NCBI GenBank assembly: GCA_965249275.1 | Contig: CBDFLQ010000005.1 | Coordinates: forward strand, 480,001-544,000 | DNA length: 64,000 bases | Direction: 5' to 3' | DNA from: Dehalococcoidia bacterium | Lineage (GTDB): Bacteria; Chloroflexota; Dehalococcoidia; Plut-88900 | Shown: piece after piece, positions 10,046 to 20,823 of the stretch | How the letters are laid out: every line of letters starts with the position of its first letter | Numbering within the stretch: the first letter of the stretch is position 1 | The notes under the pieces: model-generated | The model's database searches: none | The model's input: the letters and a program-made list of their open reading frames with translations, nothing else | What the model was told of the DNA's origin: nothing | Made by a program: the position numbers and the translations under genes

Positions 10046-11515
10046 ATGAGCAGACAGCAACCCCTTCACGACCTAACGATCCACGACGCGGCGGACCTTC
10101 TCGCGGCGCGGGAGATCACGTCTACGGAGCTTACCGAGGCGGTACTGGGTCGCATCGAGAACGTGGACGAGAGGGTGAAGGCGTTCGTTACCGTCACGGG
10201 CGAAAGGGCTTTGGCTGACGCCAGGGCCGCAGACGCCAGGGTTGTGTCGGGGAGGCTGGGGCCTCTCGATGGGGTGCCGATGATGCTCAAGGACAACATC
10301 TGCACCACCGGCATCCGAACCACTTGCTCGTCCAAGATGCTGGAGAATTTCGTTCCTCCTTACAACGCCCACGTGGCGGAGCGGCTGCGGGAGTCGGGGG
10401 CGGTGCTGGTGGGTAAGGGGAACCTGGACGAGTTCGCCATGGGGTCGTCGACGGAAAACTCGGCGTTCTACACGACGCACAATCCCTGGGACCTGGGTCG
10501 GGTGCCGGGGGGGAGCAGCGGAGGAGCGACGGCAGCGGTGGCGGCAGGGGAGGCGATGTACTCATTGGGGTCCGACACTGGAGGTAGTATCCGGCAACCG
10601 GCGTCGTTCTGCGGGGTTGTGGGGCTGAAGCCGACCTATGGCGCAGTGAGCAGGTACGGTTTGGTCGCTTTCGGGAGTTCACTGGACCAGATAGGCCCGG
10701 TGACCAAGGACGTGACCGACAGCGCCCTTGTGATGAACGCCATCGCAGGGCACGATGCTCGGGACTCGACGTCTGTGCCATTTCAGCCTCCCGACTACAC
10801 CGAGGCCCTGCTCCCCGACATCAAGGGGATGCGAATCGGGGTTCCGAAGGAGTACTTCGTCGAGGGGATAGGGCGGGACGTGGTGGACGTGATGGGAAGG
10901 GCACTGGCGAAGCTGGAGGAACTGGGGGCCGAGGTCGACCGGGAGGTATCACTGCCGCACACGAAATATGCTTTGGCGGTGTACTACATAATCGCACCGT
11001 CTGAGGCGTCGGCGAACCTGGCGAGGTATGACGGGGTGAAGTACGGTTTCTCGGCGCAGGATGCGGAAAACATGTGGGACGCGATGGAAAAAACTCGGCA
11101 ACAGGGGTTTGGGCCGGAGGTGAAGCGCCGGATCATGCTCGGGACTTATGCGTTGTCGTCGGGGTACTACGACGCGTATTATCTGAAGGCGCAGAAGGTG
11201 AGGACTCTGATCAGGCGGGAGTTCGATGAAGCATTTGAGCGGTACGACGCGCTAATCGCCCCGACTTGCCCAACCCCGGCCTTCGCCCTCGGAGATAAAA
11301 CGGACGACCCGGTGCAGATGTACCTGAGCGATATCTGCACGATCCCGGCAAACATAGCGGGGATACCTTCAATCTCGGTGCCGGCGGGGTTTTCGTTTGG
11401 GCTGCCGGTCGGGATGCAGATTATGGCGAAGCCATTCGGGGAGCCGACGATATTCCGTGCGGCCTATGCGTACGAGCAGTCCATGGGGTGGCGGCACCTG
11501 CGGGCGCCGGTGTAA
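10046..11515 (+). CDS. gatA: Asp/Glu-tRNA amidotransferase subunit A
   Basis: [47 protein letters not shown]. Confidence 0.97.
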   Translation: MSRQQPLHDLTIHDAADLLAAREITSTELTEAVLGRIENVDERVKAFVTVTGERALADARAADARVVSGRLGPLDGVPMMLKDNICTTGIRTTCSSKMLENFVPPYNAHVAERLRESGAVLVGKGNLDEFAMGSSTENSAFYTTHNPWDLGRVPGGSSGGATAAVAAGEAMYSLGSDTGGSIRQPASFCGVVGLKPTYGAVSRYGLVAFGSSLDQIGPVTKDVTDSALVMNAIAGHDARDSTSVPFQPPDYTEALLPDIKGMRIGVPKEYFVEGIGRDVVDVMGRALAKLEELGAEVDREVSLPHTKYALAVYYIIAPSEASANLARYDGVKYGFSAQDAENMWDAMEKTRQQGFGPEVKRRIMLGTYALSSGYYDAYYLKAQKVRTLIRREFDEAFERYDALIAPTCPTPAFALGDKTDDPVQMYLSDICTIPANIAGIPSISVPAGFSFGLPVGMQIMAKPFGEPTIFRAAYAYEQSMGWRHLRAPV

Positions 11516-11610
11516 GGCCCAACCGAGGCTGCAGCATTTTCTAATTGCCCCCAACGGTAGTTTGATATACTCGCAGCGGCTTTTCCGATATCCCCTTTAC
11601 GAAGGTGAGT

Positions 11611-13152
11611 ATGGGCAATCGCGACGTTTCTGCAGCCTTGGAATACCATAACGCTACCAAGCACTCTTACTGGAGTGTACGGAGCGGCCACGGGTTGGAC
11701 TGGCCGAACCAGCCACTGCCCTTCAAGATCTACAAGGATGTCGATAGCGTCCGGTTGCCCACGGACGGCAGTCCCATAGCGGCAAGTGTAGCGGAGACGG
11801 TTGGCGCAGAGCCCCTGCCTCACGACACAGCGTCGATGCCGGACTTAGCCTCGCTGGCCCGGCTCCTATACCTCTCTGGGGGGATCACCAAGAGAAAGCC
11901 CTACGCTGGCGGGGAATTGTATTTCCGGGCTGCGGCCTGCACCGGTGCCCTTTATCACATCGACCTATACCTGGTGTGTGGAGACCTGCCGGGCCTCGGG
12001 GCGGGGGTGTATCACTTCGGGCCGAATGATTTCGGGCTGGTGCGGCTGCGAGATGGCGACTACCGGGGTGTGCTGGCTGAGGCATCGGGCCACGAGACGT
12101 CGGTAGTAGAAGCTCCGCTTACGCTGGTGCTTGCGGATACGCACTGGCGGAACGCCTGGAAGTACGGGGCGCGGGCGTACAGGCACGCTTTCTGGGATGC
12201 GGGGACTTTGCTGGCCAACACGCTGGCTGCGACGTCGGGGGCCGGGGTGCCTTCGAAGGTAGTTACCTCGTTTGTGGACGAGGAAGTTCATCGGCTGTTG
12301 GGGCTGGAGGTTGAGAAGGAATCGGTAGTAGCGCTGGTGCCGTTGGGGAGGGCCTCAGAGGCCACACCCGTAACACCCCTACCGGTGGACGTCCTTGAAA
12401 TGCCCACCGAACCTCTTTCGCCGAAGATGGTGGAATACCTGAGCATTTATGAATTGAACAGAAACTCGTCACTGGAATCGCCGGAGGAAGTGGCAGACAT
12501 GAGGGGCAGGACACCGACGTTGCGAGCATACGAAACGGCAGGCAAGATGGTGCAACTGCCGCGAGAAGGAGACGTGAGGGTGCGAGGTCTGGAGGAGACC
12601 ATCTTGCGACGAGGGTCCACGAGGACGTTTGCTCAAGACCCAATCTCGGTAGAGGAGCTGTCGGCGGCCCTGCACTACTCGACGAGGGGAATCGACGCCG
12701 ATTTCCTGTCGCCGTATGGAGCTTCGGTAAACGAGCTATTCCTGATAGTCAACGCGGTCGAGGGTTTGGCCTCGGGGGCGTACCGCTATGATCGGGAGCA
12801 GCACGGGCTGGAACTGCTGGAGGAGGGTGATTTCAGGGGGGAGGCGGGGCACCTGGGCCTGGACCAGCAGATCCCCGCCGACGCCAGTGTCAACGTGTAC
12901 ATGCTGGCGGACTTGAAGCCGGTGTTGGATGCTTTCGGGAACCGAGGGTATCGGATGGCACAGCTGGAGTCGGGGATAATAGGGGGTCGGTTGTACCTGA
13001 TGGCCTACGGGATGGGGTTCGGGGCAAGCGGGCTGACCTTCTACGACGATGAGGTCATCGAGTTCTTCGGGCCGGCGGCCGAGGGGCTGAGCGTGATGTT
13101 TCTTATGGCCTTGGGCCGGTCGGTGAAGCGGAAAAGGGGTGGGGCGGGGTAA
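11611..13152 (+). CDS. SagB/ThcOx-family two-domain nitroreductase-like dehydrogenase
   Basis: YHNATKH, LDWPNQPLPFK, RAAACTGALY, WKYGARAYR, second domain RRGSTR...GASGLTFYDDEV. Confidence 0.9.
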   Translation: MGNRDVSAALEYHNATKHSYWSVRSGHGLDWPNQPLPFKIYKDVDSVRLPTDGSPIAASVAETVGAEPLPHDTASMPDLASLARLLYLSGGITKRKPYAGGELYFRAAACTGALYHIDLYLVCGDLPGLGAGVYHFGPNDFGLVRLRDGDYRGVLAEASGHETSVVEAPLTLVLADTHWRNAWKYGARAYRHAFWDAGTLLANTLAATSGAGVPSKVVTSFVDEEVHRLLGLEVEKESVVALVPLGRASEATPVTPLPVDVLEMPTEPLSPKMVEYLSIYELNRNSSLESPEEVADMRGRTPTLRAYETAGKMVQLPREGDVRVRGLEETILRRGSTRTFAQDPISVEELSAALHYSTRGIDADFLSPYGASVNELFLIVNAVEGLASGAYRYDREQHGLELLEEGDFRGEAGHLGLDQQIPADASVNVYMLADLKPVLDAFGNRGYRMAQLESGIIGGRLYLMAYGMGFGASGLTFYDDEVIEFFGPAAEGLSVMFLMALGRSVKRKRGGAG

Positions 13153-13400
13153 GGGTCAGGAATATGATGGTAGGGAGAGCTTTGCTTAATTCGATGACAA
13201 ACCCTCTGTGAGCCTCGGCCACTCCCTCCCCTCGCTCATACTTCGAGAGCCTCAGCACGAGCGGCCCCAGCCCCGGGAACCAGGTTATATGCAGATCCTA
13301 GCGAGGGAGAGGGGACCGGATGCCTCATGCGGTCCCGTGCAGTGGTGTCATACAGAGTTAGCGTAGGGGTTGATATGTTTCGAAGAGAAGGGAGATATAG

Positions 13401-14561
13401 ATGAAGACGGCAACTTGGCAGTACTTCACCCTGGAGGAATACCAGGGCAGGTTGGACGCTCTAAGGGCGCGGATGGAGGCGAAGGGTGTGGACTGCATGA
13501 TGGTACACACGCCGGAGAACCTGTATTACCTAACCGGGTACCAGACCCCCGGCTACTATTGGTACCAGACGTTGATAGTAACCATGGACCGGGAGCCGGT
13601 GTTCATAACCCGCCTACTGGAGAACTCCAACGTAGAGCACCTGACTTGGGTGGAGGACAGCCGGCCCTACGGGGACTCGGACGACTGGGTGGCTCGGACG
13701 CGGGACACACTGGAGGACCTGGGGATGGGGTCGAAGAGGATAGGGGTGGAGATGAGCTCCTGGTTCATAACCATCCAGGACTACGACAGGTTGAAGGGGA
13801 TGCTGCCGGACGCGAAGTGGGTGGACTGCTCGATGATGGTGGAAGAGGGGCGGATGATCAAGTCGCCGAAGGAGATCGAATACATTACGCAGGCTGCCCG
13901 GGCCACGGAGGCAAGTGTACTGGCGGGGATCGAGGCGTCGGCGGTGGGGGCTACGGAGAACGAGGTCGCCGCGGCGGTGTATGCGGCGCAGATAAAGGCG
14001 GGAAGCGAATACACGGGGCTGCCCCTCTTCGTCACCGCCGGTAAGAGGTCGTTCCTCGGACACGTGACATGGTACCGGGAGACGATACAGCCGGGGGACA
14101 CGGTGTTCCTGGAGCTATCGGGTTGCATCAACCGGTACCACGCCTCGCAGATGCGGAACGTGTACCTGGGTGATCCGCCGGAGGGATCCATAAAGGCGAC
14201 GGGCGTGATGGCTGAGGCCCTGGAGGAGATGATCAAGTTCATAAAACCTGGGGTCACGGCGCACGATGCCCACATGGTGTGCAAGAACGTCATTGGGGGG
14301 GCGGGGCTGGGGGTGGAGCTGACTCACCGGGCAGCGTATTCCATAGGAATAGCGTTTGCGCCGGACTGGGGCGAAGGGCACATTATCAGCATGAACGAGG
14401 GTGAATACCGGGAGTTGAAGGCCGGGATGACCTTCCACCTGATACCGGCTATTTTTATACCGGGGCTGTCGTCGGTGGGGGTGAGCGAGACGGTGTTGGT
14501 GACGGAGACCGGTTGTGAGCCGATAACTGGGAATGTGGAGAGGAAGCTGTTTTCGAAGTAG
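13401..14561 (+). CDS. M24/creatinase-fold hydrolase, ectoine hydrolase (DoeA/EutD)-like, copy 1
   Basis: FTLEEYQGRL, PENLYYLTGY, RMIKSPKEI, ELSGCINRYHA, AYSIGIAFAPDWGE. Confidence 0.88.
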   Translation: MKTATWQYFTLEEYQGRLDALRARMEAKGVDCMMVHTPENLYYLTGYQTPGYYWYQTLIVTMDREPVFITRLLENSNVEHLTWVEDSRPYGDSDDWVARTRDTLEDLGMGSKRIGVEMSSWFITIQDYDRLKGMLPDAKWVDCSMMVEEGRMIKSPKEIEYITQAARATEASVLAGIEASAVGATENEVAAAVYAAQIKAGSEYTGLPLFVTAGKRSFLGHVTWYRETIQPGDTVFLELSGCINRYHASQMRNVYLGDPPEGSIKATGVMAEALEEMIKFIKPGVTAHDAHMVCKNVIGGAGLGVELTHRAAYSIGIAFAPDWGEGHIISMNEGEYRELKAGMTFHLIPAIFIPGLSSVGVSETVLVTETGCEPITGNVERKLFSK

Positions 14562-14603
14562 AGGGATAGACCTTCCAGTCACAAGAACGGGGATCACCCT
14601 GGC

Positions 14604-14710
14604 CCTCTCCCATCGAGAGACCTTTGCGTAACTCCGGGCGGGGGCCGGGACACCCCACCGATTCCGCTCTTGAGACCCTTCGACTCAGCTCAGGGCAAGC
14701 GGAATACCCC
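14604..14710. repeat. Composite repeat: REP half-hairpin, ACCTTTGCGTAAC end and family A core
   Basis: Near-identical architecture at 25211-25318 and 23988-24104. Confidence 0.75.
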
Positions 14711-14769
14711 GCCATCTTAGGCGGGGTTAGGCAATGGATCAACAAAGAGAGAGGGCAACGGAGGAATAG

Positions 14770-15930
14770 GTGAAGAAACCGAACTGGCAGTATTTTGAGC
14801 TGGAGGAGTACCAGCAGAGGCTCGATGCACTTCGGGGGCGGATGGAGGGGTTGGGGGTGGATGCGGTGCTGGTGAACACGCCGGAGAACCTTTACTACCT
14901 CTCGGGTTATCAGACGCCGGGGTATTACTGGTGGCAGACGCTGGTGGTGCCGATGGACCGGGAGCCAGTGTCGGTCACGCGTAGGGTGGAGGACTCGAAC
15001 ATGCGGGAGCTGGGGTGGGTCGAGGACCGGCGCCCGTATGAGGACTATGAGGACTGGGTGGAGAAGACGCGGGATGTGCTGGTGGACCTGGGGCTTGGGG
15101 GGAAGACGATCGGGATGGAGCTTGGGAGTTTCTTTCTTCCGGCAAGGGACTACCTGAAACTGCAGAGCCTGATGCCGGGGGCCAAGTTCGTGGACAGCAC
15201 GGGACTAATCGAAGAGGGGCGGATGATCAAGTCTCCACAGGAGATCGAATACATGCGGCAGGCGGCTAAAGCTGCAGAGGCAGCTACGCTGGCCGGTATA
15301 GAGGCGGTGGGGTTGGGGGCAACGGAGAATGACGTGGCGGCGGAGATGCACAGGGCACAGATCAAGGCAGGAAGCGAGTATACGGGCTTGCCGATTTTCG
15401 TGGCCTCGGGGGTGCGGTCTACGATGACGCACGCCACCTGGTACCGCAGGCCCCTGCAGGAAAACGAAGTCGTGTTCTTCGAGGTGCCGGGGTGCGTAAA
15501 CCGTTATCACGTCGCCATGATGAGGGAAGTGTATATAGGGGAGCCGTCGGAGTTGATGGTGAGGGGTATGGATGTCGTGACCAACACCCTCAGGAAGGCC
15601 AAGGAGAAAATCAGGCCGGGGGTCGTGGCGGGGGACCTTTTCGAAGAGATCAAGGAGATGCTGGACTCGGCGGACCTGGGGGCGAAGCTGGAGCGTCGGG
15701 CGGCGTACTCGATAGGCATAGCCTTCGCTCCCGACTGGGGTGAAGGGCACATCATCAGCATCACGAGAGGCGAGGAGCGATCCCTGCAGGCAGGCATGGC
15801 CTTCCACCTGATTCCCGGGGTACGGATCCCGGGGTTCGGGGGCATCCTATGCAGCGACACGGTCCTGGTCACGGAGGACGGTTGTGAGACGCTGACGGGT
15901 GGGGTGGAACAGAAGTTGTTTGTGAAGTGA
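14770..15930 (+). CDS. M24/ectoine hydrolase-like, copy 2
   Basis: GTG start after GGAGG; same motifs (EVPGCVNRYH, YSIGIAFAPDWGEGH). Confidence 0.88.
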   Translation: MKKPNWQYFELEEYQQRLDALRGRMEGLGVDAVLVNTPENLYYLSGYQTPGYYWWQTLVVPMDREPVSVTRRVEDSNMRELGWVEDRRPYEDYEDWVEKTRDVLVDLGLGGKTIGMELGSFFLPARDYLKLQSLMPGAKFVDSTGLIEEGRMIKSPQEIEYMRQAAKAAEAATLAGIEAVGLGATENDVAAEMHRAQIKAGSEYTGLPIFVASGVRSTMTHATWYRRPLQENEVVFFEVPGCVNRYHVAMMREVYIGEPSELMVRGMDVVTNTLRKAKEKIRPGVVAGDLFEEIKEMLDSADLGAKLERRAAYSIGIAFAPDWGEGHIISITRGEERSLQAGMAFHLIPGVRIPGFGGILCSDTVLVTEDGCETLTGGVEQKLFVK

Positions 15931-16104
15931 CTATTGGCGATGCGCGGCTTAGACTTGGGAACACCCTCATTCTCCTCAGAGAACCTACGGCCCTAGCCCT
16001 CTTCCGTCGAGGGAGAGGGGAGAGAACACCTCCCCCGCCCCAGATTCCTCGCGGAGCCTCGGAATGACGGTAATGCAAGGACCTCTTTTGGAGACAGCTA
16101 AGGA

Positions 16105-17286
16105 GTGGACATGAGAAGCCCCAAGTACCAGTTCTTCACGCTTGAAGAATATCAAGGACGGCTGGATGCGCTGCGACGGCGGATGGAAGAACGGGGGATT
16201 GATGTTCTGCTGGTCAACTCGCCGGAGAACTTGTATTACGTTTCCGGTTACCAGACTCCCGGCTACTACTGGTACCAGACGCTGATAGTGACGATGGACC
16301 GAGAGCCGGTGTTCATCACCCGACTCAATGAGGAGTCCAACATTGCGCCTCAATCCTGGGTCGAGGATAGTCGGCCCTACGAAGACCACGAGGACTGGAT
16401 AGCGCACACCCGGGACGTGCTGATGGACTTGGGTAAGGCAGATGCGCGCATCGGGGTACAGTATGACTCGTTCTTCCTGACATCCAGGGACGAGAAGGGG
16501 CTTGCGGCTGCCTTATCGTCGGCGAGGTTTGTCGATGGGTCGGGGCTGGTGGAGGAGGGGAGGATGGTGAAGTCGGCACAGGAGATCGAGTACATAAGGC
16601 AGGCGGCGAAGACGGCGGAGGCGGGGTTGAGGGCGGGGATCGAGGCTTGCCAGGTGGGGGTGACGGAGAATGACGTGGCGGCGGAGATTCATCGGGCGCA
16701 GATCAAGGCGGGGAGCGAGTACACGGGACTTCCGATATTCATAAGGACGGGGGAGCGGGACTCGATGACCCATTCGACGTGGTATCGGAACGTGATACAA
16801 CCCGGAGACAGCGTGACGATAGAGATGCCGGGGTGCATCAACCGCTATCACGCAGCGACATACAGACAGATATTCCTCGGTGACCCGCCTGAACTGCTGC
16901 TCAGGGCAAGGGAAGTGGGAAGCGAGGTTATGGCGAAGGCGAAGTCGGCGATCAGGCCGGGGGTCCCGGCGGGGGATATACACCGGCTGGTGCAGGAGAG
17001 CCTCGAAGAGGCGATGGGCTCGGGGAGTAAGCGAAACAGCCGGGCGGCTTATTCTATCGGAATAGCTTTTGCGCCGGACTGGGGCGAGGGGCATATTATT
17101 AGCATGACCGAAGGGGAGACCCGGCCACTTCAGGCGGGAATGACCTTTCACCTGCTGGCGGGACACGTGGCCCTGCAGGGTCTCGACAGGGTGAAGAGGG
17201 CGGTGAACAGTGACACGATTCTCGTCACGGAGGATGGGTGCGAGACGCTGACGGACGGGTTGGAGCATAAGCTGTACGTGAAATAG
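16105..17286 (+). CDS. M24/ectoine hydrolase-like, copy 3
   Basis: Same motifs (EMPGCINRYHA, YSIGIAFAPDWGEGH); true start may be ATG 16111. Confidence 0.88.
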   Translation: MDMRSPKYQFFTLEEYQGRLDALRRRMEERGIDVLLVNSPENLYYVSGYQTPGYYWYQTLIVTMDREPVFITRLNEESNIAPQSWVEDSRPYEDHEDWIAHTRDVLMDLGKADARIGVQYDSFFLTSRDEKGLAAALSSARFVDGSGLVEEGRMVKSAQEIEYIRQAAKTAEAGLRAGIEACQVGVTENDVAAEIHRAQIKAGSEYTGLPIFIRTGERDSMTHSTWYRNVIQPGDSVTIEMPGCINRYHAATYRQIFLGDPPELLLRAREVGSEVMAKAKSAIRPGVPAGDIHRLVQESLEEAMGSGSKRNSRAAYSIGIAFAPDWGEGHIISMTEGETRPLQAGMTFHLLAGHVALQGLDRVKRAVNSDTILVTEDGCETLTDGLEHKLYVK

Positions 17287-17304
17287 GTCAGGGGAGGTGA
17301 CATC

Positions 17305-18303
17305 ATGAAGTTTGGGATTATGCTGCCGCATTCGGGGGCTCTGGCGGGGGTGGAGGCAATCAGGCGGGTGGCGCTTGAGGCCGATGACCTGGGTTTCGAC
17401 TCGGTGTGGTGCCACGACCACATTACTTACGATACGGACTGGTTTCTGCACCGGGGGTCGGGGCTGATTGAGCAATGTGAGGGGATCGAGCCCCACTTCT
17501 ACGAGTCGATAAGCACGCTGACCTGGGTGGCGGGAATGACGCAGAACGTCAAGCTGGGCACGGCGATATTGGTGCTCCCTCTGAGGGACCCGAGGGTTTT
17601 GGCTCGGCAGGCAATGACGTTGCAGGCGTTATCCGGGGGGAGGTTGATGCTGGGGGTCGGGATTGGGGACTACCCCAGCGACTTCCGGGTGATGCAGATA
17701 CCCTACGACGAAAAGAACCGGATCACGGATGAGTACATCAACGTGCTGAATGCCGCCTTCCAAGGCGGGCACGTGGACTTCCAAGGGCCGAACATCTCGT
17801 TTGAAAATGCTTCGTACTTCCCGAAGACGACACCCAAAGTGCCGGTGCTGTATGGGGGTGGGGTGGTGTATCCACGCCCTTCTCGGGTCCCGAAGCTGTA
17901 CGAGCCTGCCATGCGCCGCATTGCCGAGCGGTGTGACGGGTGGATACCAGAGGGGCCTCCTCACGTGATGGCGGAGGGCATCAAGCGGATACGAGAGCTG
18001 GCGGCGGAGTCGGGGAGGGGGGACGTGGACTTTCAGGTGACCGGATACATACCCCTGTACATAGACGACGATGCTAAGGCGCAGGCGATGACAAGGAAGA
18101 CTCTGGTGACAGAGATACACACCTTCGAAGAAGGGTTGGCGGGGTCTCTGGTGGGGTCGGTGGGTCGGATTTCGAAGGTGATCGAGGCTTACCAGGAGGC
18201 GGGAGTCCATGGGTTGGGGATGAGGTGCTGGGCGGAGAACCTGCCGCGGTTTGTGGAGATGATGAGGACGTTTGCGAGGGAGGTTATGCCGAGGTTTTCG
18301 TAG
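17305..18303 (+). CDS. LLM-class flavin/F420-dependent oxidoreductase
   Basis: MKFGIMLP, GFDSVWCHDH, KLGTAILVLPLRDP, LSGGRLMLGVGIG. Confidence 0.92.
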   Translation: MKFGIMLPHSGALAGVEAIRRVALEADDLGFDSVWCHDHITYDTDWFLHRGSGLIEQCEGIEPHFYESISTLTWVAGMTQNVKLGTAILVLPLRDPRVLARQAMTLQALSGGRLMLGVGIGDYPSDFRVMQIPYDEKNRITDEYINVLNAAFQGGHVDFQGPNISFENASYFPKTTPKVPVLYGGGVVYPRPSRVPKLYEPAMRRIAERCDGWIPEGPPHVMAEGIKRIRELAAESGRGDVDFQVTGYIPLYIDDDAKAQAMTRKTLVTEIHTFEEGLAGSLVGSVGRISKVIEAYQEAGVHGLGMRCWAENLPRFVEMMRTFAREVMPRFS

Positions 18304-18354
18304 GATGAGCGCCGAGCCAATAGGCCTTGGATCAGAAGTCTTGGTTAAATGAGA

Positions 18355-19395
18355 CTAACGTCTGCCTTTCTTCTGCTGACGGCGTTGGGCACGGTTCTGA
18401 GTTGGAGATGAAGTAGCGGGAGGGCTGGGCTGAAGCGGCATGGGAGGTCGAATGACTGCTTTGCGCATTATCTTAATATACGCGCTCCCCTTCCTATGCT
18501 CAATCAGCTTGATCGCATCAGTGTCGTTGAATGTAACGTCTATCGCCCAATAGAGGGCCATCACTGCATCTTCAAACTCCTTGCTCAAGTCCGCTAGTAA
18601 CCGAACCCTCATTAATGGTTCGAGTTCCAGAAGTTGCTCTATCCACACAGGTCGGGAGTGGCTGTGGAAATTGTTGTGGTCTGCCAACCACTTGGCAATC
18701 CTTTCGGCCTTTGTTGATGCATCAGGCTTACCCTTAAACATATAACAGCTTAGCCAATCGGTTACGAGTGTCTCGGACAACTCTATTGCGTTGTGGCATT
18801 CTTGCAGAAACCCAGGGCCGTATTGCCGGATGATGGGGAGCCATACCCGCAACTTGGTGGGGTCTGTGCCAATGTCGGATCCGGCCCGCTCAAACTGATC
18901 AATAGCGGCTCTTGCCGGGACAGTTACTGGCCTCTGCTCAGTAACAAATTGAAGCTGAGGGTCAATGGGGCCTAGTTCGGCTGCCTCTCCAAGTAGGACT
19001 TCGTTGCCGGAAAGCGCAAGCATTGTAGCCGCGCTCTTTGATGTGTGTGGGATTAGGAATCGAATGGGATCGAACCGAGCCCTGAGCAAATGCACTATAG
19101 ATTCTGTAGCTGTTGGAGACCCGCCGGGGCTATGAAGCAACACGTCCAAGGGGCCATCCGGGATGTCGGAAATTGCCTGAAGAAAACCCGTCTTGTCCTG
19201 TAGCTGAATCTGCAATCCGGCACCGTATTGTGCAGCCCTATCGATGTCAGTGAAATCCGCGGCGTAGACAATAAGGGGAATGCTACTGATCTTCTCAACG
19301 GTTGCTATTTTGGCTCGTCTAATGTTGTCATGCTGCGCTACGCCTAGGTTTTGACTCGCTTCATGAATTTCAAGGCGGATTTGGTCCCAAGTCAT
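18355..19395 (-). CDS. SDH/ClpP-crotonase-fold serine protease (S49-like)
   Basis: LLHSPGGS, KSAATMLAL, LGPIDPQ, HSHSRP; basic C-terminal tail. Confidence 0.85.
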   Translation of the reverse strand: MTWDQIRLEIHEASQNLGVAQHDNIRRAKIATVEKISSIPLIVYAADFTDIDRAAQYGAGLQIQLQDKTGFLQAISDIPDGPLDVLLHSPGGSPTATESIVHLLRARFDPIRFLIPHTSKSAATMLALSGNEVLLGEAAELGPIDPQLQFVTEQRPVTVPARAAIDQFERAGSDIGTDPTKLRVWLPIIRQYGPGFLQECHNAIELSETLVTDWLSCYMFKGKPDASTKAERIAKWLADHNNFHSHSRPVWIEQLLELEPLMRVRLLADLSKEFEDAVMALYWAIDVTFNDTDAIKLIEHRKGSAYIKIMRKAVIRPPMPLQPSPPATSSPTQNRAQRRQQKKGRR

Positions 19396-19404
19396 TGTAG
19401 GAAA

Positions 19405-19572
19405 CTATCTGATGGTGCTGTCTGAGGTGATAATCTTCGGCTCGTTTTCGGCGAGCATTCGTTCGTACTCATCGACGGTGATATTAAGGAAGTCGAGTTC
19501 TTTTACGAAATCAGGGTCCACTTGTGAACTCCATTTGTTGATTTGATCGTCGAACTGATTGGACATCGCCAT
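19405..19572 (-). CDS. Small acidic hypothetical protein (55 aa)
   Basis: GGAGGT SD 7 nt before ATG 19572; TGcTAAAAT extended -10 upstream; stop lies 9 nt before the protease ATG. Confidence 0.65.
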   Translation of the reverse strand: MAMSNQFDDQINKWSSQVDPDFVKELDFLNITVDEYERMLAENEPKIITSDSTIR

Positions 19573-19643
19573 TGTGTTTACCTCCATACTGATTTTAGCA
19601 TTTCATCGGGTGCTTCGCTGGAGTATTACAGAGAAACAGGGGT

Positions 19644-20804
19644 CTAGCCGACGGTGGGGGTGGGGGAGGGTAGGCGGTAGAGGGCCAGGGCGTTTTCGCC
19701 GAGGATTTTGCGCTGGTCGGCTTCGGGGAGGGTGGAGATGTTTTCCTTGACCTTTCTCAGGGGGTCGGTGTGACCCTCGGGGTGGGGCCAGTCGGATCCC
19801 CACATGAAGCGGTCGGCGCCGACGATCTGAGCCACGGCTCCGAGGCCCTTCTCGATGGGCTCGGCGCTGATCCAACACTGTCGCTTGAAGTACTCGCTGG
19901 GCTTCATGGTGAGGATGGTGTCGAAGCCGAAGCGGGAGAACTTGAAGTCCAGGAAGTCGAGCCAGTGGGCGACCCAGGTGGAGCCAATCTCGACCATGGA
20001 GATGCGGAGGTTGGGGAACTTTTCGAAGACGCCTTCAGTCATCATGTTGGTGAAGGAGAGGAAGGGGTCGCCGAAGACCATGGACTCGACGAAGAACTCG
20101 GGGCCGAGGCCGGGGTGGTCGGGGTAGAGGTGCTTGCCCACGTAGTTGGGGTTGAAGATGACGTGGAGCGTTATGGGCATGTCGAGGTCCTGGGCGGCAG
20201 CCCAGAAGGGGTCGTAGTAGGAGTCTCCGTAACGGATGCCGTTGACGGGGGCAGGGCAGATGAAGGCCCCTTTCATGCCCTCCTTGGCGGCACGTTGGAG
20301 CTCGGCGACGCCGAACTCGACCTCTCTGACGGAAACGTGGGCCACGGGGAAGAGCTGGTCCGGGTGGTCTTTGCAGAAGTCTACGAGCCAGCGGTTGTAG
20401 GCCCGGCAGTAGGCGTCGGAGATTTCGGCGTTTTCGCACTCGGCTTCCCAGCCCAGGCCGAGAGAGGGGAAAAGAAAGGTCTTGTCGACGCCCTCTCTGG
20501 CGAGGTGCTTGATCCTTTCATCGGGGTAGGCAGCCCCGGGAGCGATAATTGCGGCCTCCGCGTAAGGGAGGGTGGCGTGCTCCATCATCCAGTCCCGGTC
20601 CTTTGTGACTCCGGCGATACGGCCGAGGGCGCCGCCGTTGTAGCCGCTGCTCATCTTGCCATCGATGTCCAGGTATTCGAGACCGAGCTCATCTAATTCG
20701 ATGCCCATGGCGCGGGAGCGGTAGGCGGGGTCGATGTAGTCACGCCACATATTGGCGGGTTCTATGATATGGCTGTCGGAGTCGACAATTGTTCCTGCTG
20801 ACAT
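19644..20804 (-). CDS. Amidohydrolase_2 family protein
   Basis: DSDSHIIEP, FPSLG, YNRWLVDFC, LHV, FMWGSDWPHPEG. Confidence 0.92.
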   Translation of the reverse strand: MSAGTIVDSDSHIIEPANMWRDYIDPAYRSRAMGIELDELGLEYLDIDGKMSSGYNGGALGRIAGVTKDRDWMMEHATLPYAEAAIIAPGAAYPDERIKHLAREGVDKTFLFPSLGLGWEAECENAEISDAYCRAYNRWLVDFCKDHPDQLFPVAHVSVREVEFGVAELQRAAKEGMKGAFICPAPVNGIRYGDSYYDPFWAAAQDLDMPITLHVIFNPNYVGKHLYPDHPGLGPEFFVESMVFGDPFLSFTNMMTEGVFEKFPNLRISMVEIGSTWVAHWLDFLDFKFSRFGFDTILTMKPSEYFKRQCWISAEPIEKGLGAVAQIVGADRFMWGSDWPHPEGHTDPLRKVKENISTLPEADQRKILGENALALYRLPSPTPTVG

Positions 20805-20823
20805 GGCAGATGCTCCTTTTCGG

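Noticed and set aside
11611-13152. SagB-like gene as a RiPP/TOMM cluster
   Set aside because: No YcaO, precursor peptide or transporter is adjacent, and standalone two-domain forms are common.
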